NCBI GenBank assembly: GCA_963737265.1
Contig: CAVTRY010000011.1
Span: 416,001 to 480,000 of the forward strand
Source of the DNA: an uncultured delta proteobacterium
GTDB lineage: Bacteria; Myxococcota_A; Polyangia; Fen-1088
DNA: 64,000 nucleotides
Direction: 5' to 3'
This document shows positions 9,086-18,277 of the stretch, in pieces. A program made the position numbers and the translations under genes. The notes beneath the pieces were generated by a model. That model was not told where the DNA came from. It made no database searches and was given only the letters and a program-made list of their open reading frames with translations. Position 1 is the first letter of the stretch; every line of letters starts with the position of its first letter.

Positions 9086-10528
9086 TTAGCTCGTGGGCTC
9101 GGTTCGGATCATCACGCGACCTAGGTTCGGTATCCGGCTGCGCAGCGATCGCTCGATCTTTTCGGTAAAGTCGTGGGCTTTTTTGACCGAGGTCGCACCG
9201 GGAAGCGAACAGCGAAACGACAGAGAATATTCAGACCCATAACGCCTGATTTCGATGTCTTGAGGTGCGATTTCTTGCTCCACCAGCCCCGCCGCGTCTT
9301 GCAGCGCCGCCAGGATGTGGGCGGTCTCCTCGGCCGTGGCCAGGGCGATGGCTCGTGCGTCTCCCGCCGGCTCGATGTGAGTGACGACCCGTACCAGGCG
9401 CGGAATCGTGCGACGGAGCTCTTCATCTATCTCGCCGGCTTTGCGATGGCCTTCGGACAAGGGCAGGTCCGCGTTCATTTCCAGATGAAGCTCGAGGACG
9501 AGATGCCCTTCTTCCTCGAAAAAGAGCAGGTTGTGCGCGGCGGCGTTGTGCGCCGCCGCCACCCGGCGGGCGGCGGTCAGGAGATCCTCACCGGATCCTT
9601 CCGCCGGCTCAACGTGAACGACGATGTCCGCGCGTGGAAACTCCTTCTTAATGGTCGCCTCCGCCAGACAGGCGATTTCATGACTGCGCTGCAAGGACTC
9701 GCCCCGATCTACCACCAGGATAAGATCCACGAAAATCTCGGGCCCGCTGCAGCGAACGCGGACCTGTCGGGCCGCGCAGACGCCCGACACCTGCTGGGCG
9801 GCGGCGGCGATGCGGGCGGGCATGTCGGCTGGCACGGTATCGAGCAGGTCAGCGATGGATTTCTTGCCGAGCCGCACGCTGACCAGAACTACGACGGCGG
9901 CAACGCCGAGAGCGGCAACCGCATCGGCCTTGGCCAGCCAAAGAATACCGAGCTCGTGCGCCACCAGGACGCCGACGAGGCCGAGCAGAACGACCACCGA
10001 GGACCAAATGTCGGTGGCAAAATGCAGGGCGTCCGCCTCCAAGGCCTGGCTTTCGTATTTCTTGGCCACGCGCATGAGTGCACGCGAGCGCGAGTAGTCA
10101 ACGGCGATGGAGAGGAGAACGACCAGGAATGACCAGAGATTGGCGTCGACGTGGATCTGGACGCGAAAGAAGAGCCGCACCGCGGCCTCTCGGATGATCC
10201 AGGCACAGGTGGCGAGCAATAGTAGGGTTTCGAAAAGCGCCGACAGATTCTCGATCTTGCCGTGGCCATACGAATGCTCGGAATCCGCGGGACGACTGCT
10301 GACCCTGACCGCCCAAAGAGTCACTAGAGCGGCCGCCAGGTCGAGACCGGAATGCATGGCTTCGGCCAAAATCCCAAGGCTGCCGGTCCACACGCCCACC
10401 GCGATCTTGGTTGCGGTGAGGAGCAAGGCCGCCAGAACCGAAACCAGCGCCACCTGGTTCTTTTCGGTCCCCGCGCCGCCCCGGCCGGCATGGCCGTGGT
10501 GCGCACTGTGATCGTGGTCGAACATCAT
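9086..10528 (-). CDS. Cation diffusion facilitator transporter with three C-terminal dimerisation domains
   Basis: HSGLD, HSYGHGKIE, ADALHFATD; three repeats ending VHVEP/THIEP/IRTEP; His-rich N-terminus. Confidence 0.92.
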   Translation of the reverse strand: MMFDHDHSAHHGHAGRGGAGTEKNQVALVSVLAALLLTATKIAVGVWTGSLGILAEAMHSGLDLAAALVTLWAVRVSSRPADSEHSYGHGKIENLSALFETLLLLATCAWIIREAAVRLFFRVQIHVDANLWSFLVVLLSIAVDYSRSRALMRVAKKYESQALEADALHFATDIWSSVVVLLGLVGVLVAHELGILWLAKADAVAALGVAAVVVLVSVRLGKKSIADLLDTVPADMPARIAAAAQQVSGVCAARQVRVRCSGPEIFVDLILVVDRGESLQRSHEIACLAEATIKKEFPRADIVVHVEPAEGSGEDLLTAARRVAAAHNAAAHNLLFFEEEGHLVLELHLEMNADLPLSEGHRKAGEIDEELRRTIPRLVRVVTHIEPAGDARAIALATAEETAHILAALQDAAGLVEQEIAPQDIEIRRYGSEYSLSFRCSLPGATSVKKAHDFTEKIERSLRSRIPNLGRVMIRTEPTS

Positions 10529-10720
10529 GGATCGGGGTCGAAGTGTATCGCAAAGAGGCACGAAGCGATCGGCATGTCTGCCTCGCGACGAATTAGGTTG
10601 CGCCCAAAGCTCCATGGATATACTGACGAGCGGGGTAGGAGCGGCGGCGGGAAGTTAGAGCCGAGGTTGTCACATATCTGTGAAACTTTGGTGCCGTATT
10701 CGCGCGTAACAAGGCGGCTC

Positions 10721-13357
10721 ATGCGAAATCCATTCTCCCTCCCATCTATTTTACCCAAGCGCTTCGTGCAGCCCGGCCGGGCCGCCGTGGCGGCGGGGAT
10801 TGCGACGCGCCTGCTGGAGGCGTCGGCGTCCGACAGCGAAAAGCTGTTTTCCACGCACCAGACGTCCGCGTCGGGGCTTTCCCAGGAGGAGGCGGATGCG
10901 CGACTGGAGAAGGTTGGCCAGAACGCCATCGCCCAAGAGGAAGGGCACAGCTGGCGCGACCTGCTCTTCATGGCGATCCTAAACCCGCTGGTCATCCTGC
11001 TGTCTCTGCTGGCCACCCTTTCGGCGGCAACCGGCGATCTGCGAGCGGCCATCGTCATGCTCCTGATGGTGATCCTGGGCGTGGCGCTGCGTTTCGTCCA
11101 GGAGGCGCGGGCCGACACCGCGGCAGCCAAGCTCAAGGCCATGATCCGCGTTACCGCGACCGCGATCCGCGACGGCAGCCCGCGCGAGATCCCGCTCGCC
11201 GAACTGGTGCCGGGGGACGTGGTCAGGCTGGCCGCCGGCGACATGATTCCCGCCGACGTGCGGCTGCTGTCGTGCAAGGATCTGTTCGTCATTCAAGCCA
11301 GCTTGACCGGCGAGTCCATGCCGGTCGAAAAGTTCGACGCCAGGGAAGCGACCGCCAGCGGTTCGCCGCTCGAGCTCAAGAACATTTGCTTTCTCGGCAC
11401 CAGCGTCGAGAGCGGAACCGCGACCGCAGTCGTGGTTGGCACCGGGGCCACCACCTATCTCGGCAGCATTGCCAAGTCCATCGTGGGGCAGCAGGTTCGC
11501 ACCAGTTTCGACAAAGGGGTCAGCCGCTTCACCTGGCTCATGATTCGTTTCATGATGGTGATGGTTCCGTTGGTGTTCTTCATCAACGGCTTCACCCGGC
11601 ACAACTGGAACGAAGCTTTCTTCTTCGCTCTGGCCGTGGCGGTGGGGATGACGCCGGAAATGTTGCCCATGATCGTGACGGTGTGCTTGTCCAAGGGCGC
11701 CATCGCGATGTCCAAGAAGAAGGTGATCGTCAAGCGCCTCAACTCCATCCAAAACATCGGCGCCATGGACGTTCTGTGCACGGACAAGACCGGAACGCTG
11801 ACCATGGACCGCGTGGTGTTGGAGAAACACTGCGATGTCCAGCTCGACGAGGACGACGAGGTCCTCATGCTGGCGTACCTCAACAGTCACTTTCAGACGG
11901 GTCTCAAGAACATCCTCGACCGCGCTGTGCTCGCGCACAAAGAAGAAATCCACGACAAGTTCAGGGTTCCCGAGCACCTCAAGCTCGACGAGATCCCGTT
12001 CGATTTCGCGCGGCGGCTGATGTCGGTCGTGGTGGAAACGCCGAGCAAGACAGTACGCCTCATTTGCAAAGGCGCCCCCGAAGAGATTTTCAAGCGCAGC
12101 TCGCACTTCGAATACGACGGCGAAGTCATGCCCATGGAGACCGTCCTCATCGAGGATCTGCGCGAGGAGTACCGCCGGTTGTCCGCCGATGGCTTTCGGG
12201 TTCTGGCCATCGCCTACCGCGACGTGGAGCGCAAAGCGGCCTACGCCAAGTCCGACGAGTGCAGCCTGGTCCTGCGCGGATACATCGCCTTCTTCGATCC
12301 GCCCAAGGAAACCACCGCGCCCGCGATCGCCGCGCTTCGTGAGCGCGGCGTGACCGTCAAGGTCTTGACGGGCGACAACGAGCTGGTCAGCAAGAAGATC
12401 TGCCATGAGGTGGGAATCCCAACCGATCACCTGCTTTTGGGCGCCCAGATAGAGGGCATGTCGGACGCCGAGCTCGCGACGGTCGTCGAGCAGACGACGC
12501 TGTTTGCTCGCCTGGCGCCGACACACAAACACCGTATTATTCTCGCACTGCAAAGCAAGGGCCACGTGGTCGGCTTTCTCGGCGACGGCATCAACGATGC
12601 CCCGGGCTTGCGCGCCGCCGATGTCGGTATTTCGGTGGATTCGGCGGTCGACATCGCCAAGGAGTCCGCGGATCTCGTGCTTCTGGAGAAGAGCCTCCTC
12701 GTCTTGGTCGATGGCGTTCTCGAGGGGCGCAAGGTCTTCACCAACATTCTCAAGTACATCCGCATGGGCGCCAGCTCCAGCTTCGGCAACATGCTTTCCG
12801 TGGTGGGCGCCAGCGCATTCCTGCCCTTCGTGCCCATGATCCCCATACAAATCCTGACCAACAACTTGCTCTACGATTTCTCGCAAGTGCCCATCCCCGC
12901 GGACAACGTCGATCCCGAACAGACCACGCGCCCGCGACCCTGGTCGATGAACGAGATCACCAAGTTCATTCTCCTCATCGGGCCGTGCAGCTCGGTGTTC
13001 GACTACACGACCTATTTCTTGATGTACTACGTGTTCGGCGCCAACAATCCCGCCCGCGCTTCGCTGTTTCAGACCGGCTGGTTTGTCGAGTCGCTCATCA
13101 CGCAGACCCTCATCATTCACGTCATTCGCACCAACAAACTTCCGCTCGTGCAGAGCCGCGCGAGCTGGCCGATGGGCATCACCACGCTTCTCGTCATGGC
13201 GGCCGGCTTGTATTTACCGTTTTCACCCGTGGCCGGCGCGCTCGGCTTCACACCGTTGCCGGCGCTCTACTGGCCCTTCCTGCTCGTCACCGTGGTCTGC
13301 TACGTCGCTCTCACTCAGGCCGTGAAGTCCTGGTTCCTCAAGAAGGCATGGAGTTAG
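10721..13357 (+). CDS. mgtA: Magnesium-translocating P-type ATPase
   Basis: TGES, TPEMLP, DKTGTLT, KGAPEE, GDGINDAP and SSSFGN motifs. Confidence 0.93.
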   Translation: MRNPFSLPSILPKRFVQPGRAAVAAGIATRLLEASASDSEKLFSTHQTSASGLSQEEADARLEKVGQNAIAQEEGHSWRDLLFMAILNPLVILLSLLATLSAATGDLRAAIVMLLMVILGVALRFVQEARADTAAAKLKAMIRVTATAIRDGSPREIPLAELVPGDVVRLAAGDMIPADVRLLSCKDLFVIQASLTGESMPVEKFDAREATASGSPLELKNICFLGTSVESGTATAVVVGTGATTYLGSIAKSIVGQQVRTSFDKGVSRFTWLMIRFMMVMVPLVFFINGFTRHNWNEAFFFALAVAVGMTPEMLPMIVTVCLSKGAIAMSKKKVIVKRLNSIQNIGAMDVLCTDKTGTLTMDRVVLEKHCDVQLDEDDEVLMLAYLNSHFQTGLKNILDRAVLAHKEEIHDKFRVPEHLKLDEIPFDFARRLMSVVVETPSKTVRLICKGAPEEIFKRSSHFEYDGEVMPMETVLIEDLREEYRRLSADGFRVLAIAYRDVERKAAYAKSDECSLVLRGYIAFFDPPKETTAPAIAALRERGVTVKVLTGDNELVSKKICHEVGIPTDHLLLGAQIEGMSDAELATVVEQTTLFARLAPTHKHRIILALQSKGHVVGFLGDGINDAPGLRAADVGISVDSAVDIAKESADLVLLEKSLLVLVDGVLEGRKVFTNILKYIRMGASSSFGNMLSVVGASAFLPFVPMIPIQILTNNLLYDFSQVPIPADNVDPEQTTRPRPWSMNEITKFILLIGPCSSVFDYTTYFLMYYVFGANNPARASLFQTGWFVESLITQTLIIHVIRTNKLPLVQSRASWPMGITTLLVMAAGLYLPFSPVAGALGFTPLPALYWPFLLVTVVCYVALTQAVKSWFLKKAWS

Positions 13358-13387
13358 GCCGGGCTTAGCCGGGGCTTGGGGACAGGG

Positions 13388-15625
13388 CTACGTGATGTGG
13401 CTCGTGATATCGAGCCGTCCGTCCTGGGCGCAACTGATGCAAAGGCGCGCTCCGCGATGCAAACGACCGGCGACGATCTCACCCGCCAGCGGACCTTCGA
13501 CCAAGCGCTCGAAGGCGCGGCGCAACGGCCGAGCGCCCAGGCTACGGTCGGTTTCCGTGCGCAAAACCTGGGCGATCACGGAATCGTCGATTGCGAAGGC
13601 AATGCCGCGTTCGGCTTGCAAGCGCTGGCACGAGTCGTTCGCGATGCGTGCGACGATGGCACCAAGCTCGGACTCGGTCAGGGGCGCGTAGCACAGCACC
13701 TCGTCGATGCGATTCCAAAGCTCCGCGGGCAGGCGGCTGCGCGCCAGCGCCACGATGGTGTTGGTCGAGGGCGCCCGCGCCCGTCGGTAGCACTCGCTGC
13801 CCAGGTTGGAGGTCATCACGACCGCCGCCGAGGAGAAATCCACGGTGCGGCCGCGCCCGTCGGTCAAGCGGCCATCTTCGAGGACTTGCAGGAGCACAAG
13901 CAGGACCTCGCGACTCGCCTTTTCCAATTCGTCGAGCAATACCACGGACGCAGGACGCCTGCGGATGGCCTCGGTCAGCTGGCCGCCGTCCTCATGTCCG
14001 ACGTAGCCGGGTGGCGAGCCGATGAGCCGTGCGATGGCATGGGATTCGTTGTACTCAGACAGATCGATGCGAACCAGGGCGGATTCGCCGTCGAAAAGAG
14101 CCGCCGCGACGGCGCGCGCGGTTTCGGTCTTGCCGACGCCGGTCGGGCCGAGCAAGAGAAAGGATGCCAGCGGTTTGTGGCCGCGAAATCCGGCGTAGCT
14201 TCGGCGAAGGACTGCCACGATTCTTGCGCGCGCATCGTCGTGACCGACCACGCGCTCGGCGAACCGTTCGTCGAGCGATCGGAAGCGCTCGTCGTCGTCG
14301 CGCAGGAGCTGGCTGGCAGGAACATCCGAAGCATCGCCCACGACGGCGGCTACGTCGTGCGCCGAGATCACAGCCCGTCCGAGGCGCTGCGCGCGGGCTA
14401 CCGCTACCTCTGCGATGGAAAGGGCCCGTCCAGGTTGGGCACGCTCGGAAGGATACCGGACGGATAGCCGGAGCAAGCAGGGTCCGACGTCGGGCGCGAA
14501 GGCCGTGCTGGTCGAGCCTGCCAGCGCTTCCAATCCGACTTCGATCATCTCGAGCAGCGCCGCCGGTTCTGGGGCTGAAAGCACGACCGTCTCCGAGCCG
14601 TTCGACAAATCAGGACTGGCAACCTCGATGCGGCGTAGATCGGCTGGCGTCAGAGCGAGAATCCACCGTCGGCCGGCGCTCGCCGTGGCGAGCAATTGGA
14701 GGCCGCCGTCGCCGCCCTCGGGGCCAAGCCAGGCGGTGCCGTCGAGGACGATCGGCGCGTCGGCCGGAGCGCGACGGTGAAAGGCATGCAAGAGCGCGCC
14801 CGCCGACGACGGGGCACCGAAATCGCCCGCCGGGAAAAGAGGCGGTTGTAGGCTGGCGGCTGAGAGTGCCGCCAGGATAGAGGATCGGCCAGAACCGGGA
14901 TCGCCGACGACAAACACGACACGCGCGGTCTTGGCCTGCAAAAGATCGAGCAGGCGGCCCAGTTCTCGCTCGCGGAAAAGCACAGGGACGCGCGGGGGAT
15001 CCACGGGGAGAAAATCCCACGCAGCGCATGCATCGGCTTCCGCTACACGCGCCTGCGAGCGGTCCCCGGGCACGGCTACCGTCGCGTCGTCACTCGGCTG
15101 GACCAAGGTTGCCGGCGGCCGACCGGCAGCAAGCCCGGCCGCCGTGCGTGAGGATCGTCGTTCAAGGTGGGCCCCTGGCCCGGTCAGGGCGCGCATCACC
15201 AGTCCGCGCAGCTTGGCTGGGTCGGTCCCAGCCAGCTTGAGAGTTTCGATGGCCGATCCGCCGCCGCGCAGAACAGCGAGGAGAAGATGGAGGGACGATG
15301 TCTGCGCAGCGGCGAGTGCCGTAGCAATCTCCTGGCTCGCCCGCTCGATGGCCGCGGGATCCACGCCGTGATCGAGGTGTACCTTTCCGACCAGGACTTC
15401 GATTGTGGCCGATGTGATGCCGCGCTCGGCGAGCAAACGAGCGGCACTTCCACCCGCGCGCAGCATGCCAAGGAGGATGTCCACTGTGCTTGGCCCGCGC
15501 CCAGCGAGCTCGGCCAGTCGACGCGCCTCGACCATGGCGGCCCGATGATCCGCGCTAATATGAACATGCGAGCCAGCCTCGAGACCCGCGATCGAGCTCA
15601 AGGTGGCCTTCAAAGCTCCCGACAT
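13388..15625 (-). CDS. Clp/Hsp100 AAA+ protein with degenerate first ATPase domain
   Basis: Clp_N repeats; D1 GDPGSGRS; intact D2 GPTGVGKT, GSPPGYVG, LLDELEKA, GARPLRR; start uncertain. Confidence 0.85.
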   Translation of the reverse strand: MSGALKATLSSIAGLEAGSHVHISADHRAAMVEARRLAELAGRGPSTVDILLGMLRAGGSAARLLAERGITSATIEVLVGKVHLDHGVDPAAIERASQEIATALAAAQTSSLHLLLAVLRGGGSAIETLKLAGTDPAKLRGLVMRALTGPGAHLERRSSRTAAGLAAGRPPATLVQPSDDATVAVPGDRSQARVAEADACAAWDFLPVDPPRVPVLFRERELGRLLDLLQAKTARVVFVVGDPGSGRSSILAALSAASLQPPLFPAGDFGAPSSAGALLHAFHRRAPADAPIVLDGTAWLGPEGGDGGLQLLATASAGRRWILALTPADLRRIEVASPDLSNGSETVVLSAPEPAALLEMIEVGLEALAGSTSTAFAPDVGPCLLRLSVRYPSERAQPGRALSIAEVAVARAQRLGRAVISAHDVAAVVGDASDVPASQLLRDDDERFRSLDERFAERVVGHDDARARIVAVLRRSYAGFRGHKPLASFLLLGPTGVGKTETARAVAAALFDGESALVRIDLSEYNESHAIARLIGSPPGYVGHEDGGQLTEAIRRRPASVVLLDELEKASREVLLVLLQVLEDGRLTDGRGRTVDFSSAAVVMTSNLGSECYRRARAPSTNTIVALARSRLPAELWNRIDEVLCYAPLTESELGAIVARIANDSCQRLQAERGIAFAIDDSVIAQVLRTETDRSLGARPLRRAFERLVEGPLAGEIVAGRLHRGARLCISCAQDGRLDITSHIT

Positions 15626-15733
15626 TCCACAACAAGCTAACAGGGCGGGCATATCCGTCAAAAAAGCCCTATTCTTCCCGCCCCCAAAGCGGCTAGATTC
15701 GAGGCCCTACCAAATCACCACACGAGGATTGCG

Positions 15734-16273
15734 ATGTTGAAGTTCAATCGTGTCGTAGCGTTCATTCTTGGAACGCTTCTGCTTTCATCGGTCGCCGAGG
15801 CGGCGAAGCCGGAGGATGTTTTCAAGGGCCGCATTGTCATTACGGACAGCCGACTGCCATCGCGCTTTCCGTCCGAAGGAGCGTTCGTGGCGGCCATCCA
15901 CCGCGCCTCCATCGACAAAGTCTGGCCCAAAGAAGAGAAGGGGAACGACCACGCGGTGTGGACCTTCGAGTACATCGCCTTCTTCGCCAGGCCGCTGAAC
16001 GATAACGAGATCACGGTCAAGTTCTGGGAGGTAGGCGGGGGTTCGCAGCGTTTCGTGGCCGGCGACGAGCAGTACACGCGTGAGCGGGGCAGCCGCATCT
16101 TCTCCGCCAGCATCACGGTGGCAAAGCCGGAATTCGACACCAACAAGCAGTACCTCATGACCATCGAGTCCGGCACCCGGGTGCTCGCCCAGACGAAGTT
16201 TTGGCTGCGCGGAAAGGGGCCGAAGTACAGTGGTAAGGTCGAGTTCTCGGACGAGGAAGCTAGACAAAGATAG
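15734..16273 (+). CDS. Secreted hypothetical protein
   Basis: Sec signal ending AEA; GAGG SD; coding-like codon usage. Confidence 0.8.
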   Translation: MLKFNRVVAFILGTLLLSSVAEAAKPEDVFKGRIVITDSRLPSRFPSEGAFVAAIHRASIDKVWPKEEKGNDHAVWTFEYIAFFARPLNDNEITVKFWEVGGGSQRFVAGDEQYTRERGSRIFSASITVAKPEFDTNKQYLMTIESGTRVLAQTKFWLRGKGPKYSGKVEFSDEEARQR

Positions 16274-16411
16274 CAGTTGCTGCGTTCGTCCTGGTAAACT
16301 TTAAGTGGGCGTCGCTATCTGTCGATGGCCGACATGTTCTCCAGACAGGTCACGGATCGCCGCGCGGCGCTTCAGGCATAATGACAGGGCTGGAGCTTGA
16401 GAGAGGACCAC

Positions 16412-17011
16412 GTGGAATCCTACAAAAGAACTCTGACAGCGGCTTTTCTTGGCATGGTGTCGATGCTTGGCTGCAAGGGTGGGGGAAGCGACGAATTGAC
16501 GAGCCGCTTGAACGAGGCGAACGACAAAGTCGTGGCGTGCAAGAAGGACGTCAACGACCTTAAGAATCAGAACGCGGAGCTCAGGCAGAAGTTGGCCCAG
16601 GCGATGGTCAGCCCCAGCCGCGTGCAGTTGACCGATCCAGATATCCTGAACCTGATTGCTGAAATTAAGAGCAAACGCGCGGGAGATGATGGCGACATCG
16701 TACTCGGCAAGGGCGACCTCAATCCCAAAGAGGCGAGCCGTGTGGTGCGGCAAGGCGCGCAGGCCTTGCAGAAGTGCTACGAGCGCGCGCTCAAGAAAAA
16801 TTCGGCTCTGCAGTTTCAGACGGGGCTGAGCGTGCTGCTCGAGCTCACCGTGAAGCCCACCGGGCTGGTGAAGGGCATGAACCTCGCGCCCCAGGTTGAC
16901 AACGAGATGACCGAGTGCATCCGCACGACGGTGTCGCGCTGGAAGTTCCCGCCGTTTTCGGGTGAAGCCGTCGTTGTCACGCAGAAGCTGACGCTCACAC
17001 CGAAGGGCTAA
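16412..17011 (+). CDS. Lipoprotein with coiled coil and AgmX/PglI (TonB-C-like) C-terminal domain
   Basis: MLGC lipobox; LQKCYERALKKN...ECIRTTVSRWKFP pattern. Confidence 0.8.
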   Translation: MESYKRTLTAAFLGMVSMLGCKGGGSDELTSRLNEANDKVVACKKDVNDLKNQNAELRQKLAQAMVSPSRVQLTDPDILNLIAEIKSKRAGDDGDIVLGKGDLNPKEASRVVRQGAQALQKCYERALKKNSALQFQTGLSVLLELTVKPTGLVKGMNLAPQVDNEMTECIRTTVSRWKFPPFSGEAVVVTQKLTLTPKG

Positions 17012-17035
17012 CCGGCGCACGGTCCGGCGAAAAGA

Positions 17036-17103
17036 GATAAACAAGCTCCTGTTTATCGGCGACCGGCGCGAACGAGAAGACGCGGGTGCGCCCGCCGTTC
17101 TCG
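17036..17103. terminator. Two hairpins between convergent genes
   Basis: GATAAACA-N6-TGTTTATC (17036-17057) and CGAGAA..GCGGG-TGCG-CCCGC..TTCTCG (17073-17103). Confidence 0.45.
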
Positions 17104-17184
17104 CCGTCGCTAGTTGGGGCGGTCGCGGGTGAGCTGGGCGGTGGTCGACAGCTCGCTGCAGCCTGGGCCGACATCGCGGATAGC

Positions 17185-18039
17185 TCAACAAAGTTTTTGG
17201 TAGCGCGCCTCCACCGGCTTGTCCGCAGTGCGGGGCCGCTTTCCCGGATCGTTCACCGTCAAGCGCATCGAGGTGAGCGACCTGGTGTCGACGTTCATGG
17301 TGCGCGAAAGCGCGTAGTAGAGCACGGCGATGCGGTGGGGATAGTGGCGTGCCGGACCCCGATCGATGTAGCGCGGACCGTGGTTGTAGTGCGCCCAATA
17401 TGCATGGGTCTTGTGGGCGCACGGTACCTGCTTGTGTATCGTTCGCAAGACCCCGTGGCTGTCGCGCATGCGAATCGTCACGTCGGTGATTCCGCCACCG
17501 TCGCGCCAGTAGGCGAGCTCGCGCGCGCCGATGTCGATGTTGGTCACCGGATCCATGACCTCTTGCCACGGCAACCCGCGCACGTTGCCGTTCACGCAGC
17601 GGCCGTGCCCATCGACGATGCAGCGGATTCCCATGAGCCCACCGTCCTTGGCGTAGATCCGGCCCGCCTTCACCGTCGTGCGGAACGCTTTTTCGTTCAT
17701 GTCGCTTTCGTTGATCATCACGGCGAGGATCAGCGACGGTGGAAGGGCATAGCGTTTCGAGGAATCGAGCACGGCGTGGGCGATGCGCTCGCAGAAGGCT
17801 GGCTTCCACGGGGACGTTCGCCACCGTACGCGATCTTTCACATCGCAGATGGTGGCGGTCAAACAAGATTCGCTAGGCATTTCGCTTCCGATGTTTCCGC
17901 TCCCCTTGCCGGGCGCCGTGCTCTTCACGCCGGCATCCGGCCGTGCGTCATTGGACGGCATCGCCAGCGGAAACGCCATCATGCCTGCAAATGCGGCGAT
18001 GGCCTGAGTTACGGAATTTTGACCGAAAGCGGGTAACAC
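17185..18039 (-). CDS. Lytic transglycosylase (SLT-like) domain protein
   Basis: LILAVMINES (catalytic Glu), GLMGI, DPVTNIDIGA, HYNHGP. Confidence 0.75.
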   Translation of the reverse strand: MLPAFGQNSVTQAIAAFAGMMAFPLAMPSNDARPDAGVKSTAPGKGSGNIGSEMPSESCLTATICDVKDRVRWRTSPWKPAFCERIAHAVLDSSKRYALPPSLILAVMINESDMNEKAFRTTVKAGRIYAKDGGLMGIRCIVDGHGRCVNGNVRGLPWQEVMDPVTNIDIGARELAYWRDGGGITDVTIRMRDSHGVLRTIHKQVPCAHKTHAYWAHYNHGPRYIDRGPARHYPHRIAVLYYALSRTMNVDTRSLTSMRLTVNDPGKRPRTADKPVEARYQKLC

Positions 18040-18277
18040 TCGGATTCCTTTGAACCACCTAGAGGCTGAAACTTACTTCGGCGTGGATGCCGGTATCTCA
18101 ACTCCGGTCCGCGTGTGGCGAAGCCCGGAGGGAAAACAGGTCGGTCGAAAAAACATCTTTACTTTGAGTTTGGCGGTCAGTCAACCAGAAAAGATCCCAG
18201 AAAAGATCCGAGAGGGATCTGCCGCGTGGCACGGCTGCCACGATTCCCGTAAGGTCTCGGGCGGATCTTTTCCCGCC

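Noticed and set aside
10529-10720. M-box riboswitch or mgtL-type leader before mgtA
   Set aside because: No recognisable conserved M-box sequence or Pro-rich leader peptide seen by eye; would need an Rfam scan
10979-13120. Long antisense or alternative-frame ORFs (e.g. 713 aa opposite mgtA, 521 aa at 16301-17866, 482 aa at 30418-31866, 447 aa inside polA)
   Set aside because: Expected shadows of high-GC codon bias that overlap well-supported genes and carry no motifs
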